64,000 nucleotides of DNA from Daphnia carinata. Lineage: Eukaryota. A model generated the notes under the pieces. It searched no databases, was not told the origin of the DNA, and saw only the letters and a program-made list of their open reading frames with translations. Both the position numbers and the translations under genes were made by a program. Position 1 is the first letter of the stretch. The number at the start of each line of letters is the position of its first letter. The DNA lies in assembly GCF_022539665.2 (NCBI RefSeq), contig NC_081333.1, positions 4,402,001 through 4,466,000 of the forward strand, written 5' to 3'. Below, piece by piece: positions 63,001-64,000 of this stretch.

Positions 63001-64000
63001 TACCTCATCAGTGATTTCACCGTCGACATCGACAAGTTTGTTAACGTGGTGGAATGATTTGGACAAGAAAGTTGACAAATCTTCCAATTTCTTACACGGA
63101 TGATCAAGCGCACGGTGAAAAGTTTCTTTGGCCGCCGAAGAGAAGACTTTAGAAGCAGATGGCGTAAAATAAGCCCACTGAGCTAGAAACACTAATTGTG
63201 AAGCTTTCCACTCTACGTCGCGTTGCATAGCAGGGTGGCTTATCAACCTAATTGAAAGATGAAAATCCAGATAACGAATGAATTTTTTAAAGAATAAGCG
63301 ACACTCCATACTTGGCTAAATGTTGGATAAGTGTGATTTTGTCTTGTGTTCGACTACTGTCGTTAACAAACTGACGATACATTTCGACAATTTTCACAAT
63401 TGTTTCTTTCTTTAGTGAGAAACTCACGTTTGCTAGAAATCGGGTATCTACACAAGAAAATCCAAAAATGCAAGAATTGAATATAAAATTTCATGTTTCG
63501 AAAAATATTCGTACTTGTGTTTTTATCAAATGCGACGTGACCCGACAAGGTGAGTAATTGTTCGATGATTGATATTTGTGCATCAGGAGAAATATCTTCT
63601 TTAGCCAACACCGTTTTTATTGATTCTAGAGTTTTATCCGCCAATTCGAAATTCGAATCATCTTTTGCTTGTAGAATGGTCACCAAAATTGAAACGATGC
63701 TTTTCACAAGCAACTTGCCAACCTATTTCGAAAATTATATTTAGAATGAACACTTTTTTTTTTTTTTTTTTTTTTTACTGTACTGCCCACAGTACTTACC
63801 ATATCGTTATCCACAATTTTTAACAGGCTATTAAACATCGTCAGTGCCGCGACTGATTTTAAATTGGTTGGGGACTCTAGTGCAGGATCAAAGTGATCAG
63901 ACCAAAAATCAAGAAGTTTTCCAGATTCGAACAAAATTGTTGCTATCCTCGTGAATAGAGGATGGTCCCCCGACGCAGAGTTAGTCTATAACAAAATCCA
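60014..64000 (-). CDS. MYBBP1A: Myb-binding protein 1A / Pol5-like nucleolar protein, 5' part outside the window
   Basis: EDPHWLEVVTDILLSLLS…LLRSIV, an acidic tract, MERLDKALGSAF, LMHFRIRCLDLIEV and a Lys-rich C-terminal tail ending …KKKKRKSTID* (stop 60014-60016). Confidence 0.85.

Overview
Eukaryotic, intron-rich, AT-rich arthropod DNA. Short (~60-70 nt) GT-AG introns and the gene content suggest a branchiopod crustacean such as Daphnia (inference). Genes in order: a 5'-truncated, intronless TMEM63/CSC1-like ORF; two short REXO1-like exonuclease duplicates; a small membrane-protein ORF; Chk2 head-to-head with full-length REXO1; a CLIP3/4-like ankyrin + CAP-Gly gene; a Reeler-domain defence gene; a four-exon Relish-like gene encoding only the N-terminal Rel homology subdomain; a secreted P/Q/S-rich protein; a BC-box LRR gene; a small HSP; UBR1/2 with two tRNA-Pro genes in one intron; a RASL10-like GTPase; and the 3' part of MYBBP1A. 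A transposon-rich zone at 45.7-51.5 kb holds a solo LTR, a decayed Kolobok-like element and a 1.8-kb foldback carrying tRNA-like modules. The most intriguing signals are the intact 'mini-Relish' with substituted DNA-contact arginines next to a defence gene, the catalytically intact N-terminally truncated REXO1 paralogs, a Pol II CTD-like YxP[ST] array in REXO1, and the foldback element. All calls come from manual reading and recalled family motifs. No searches were run, and CDS coordinates are gene spans that include introns.
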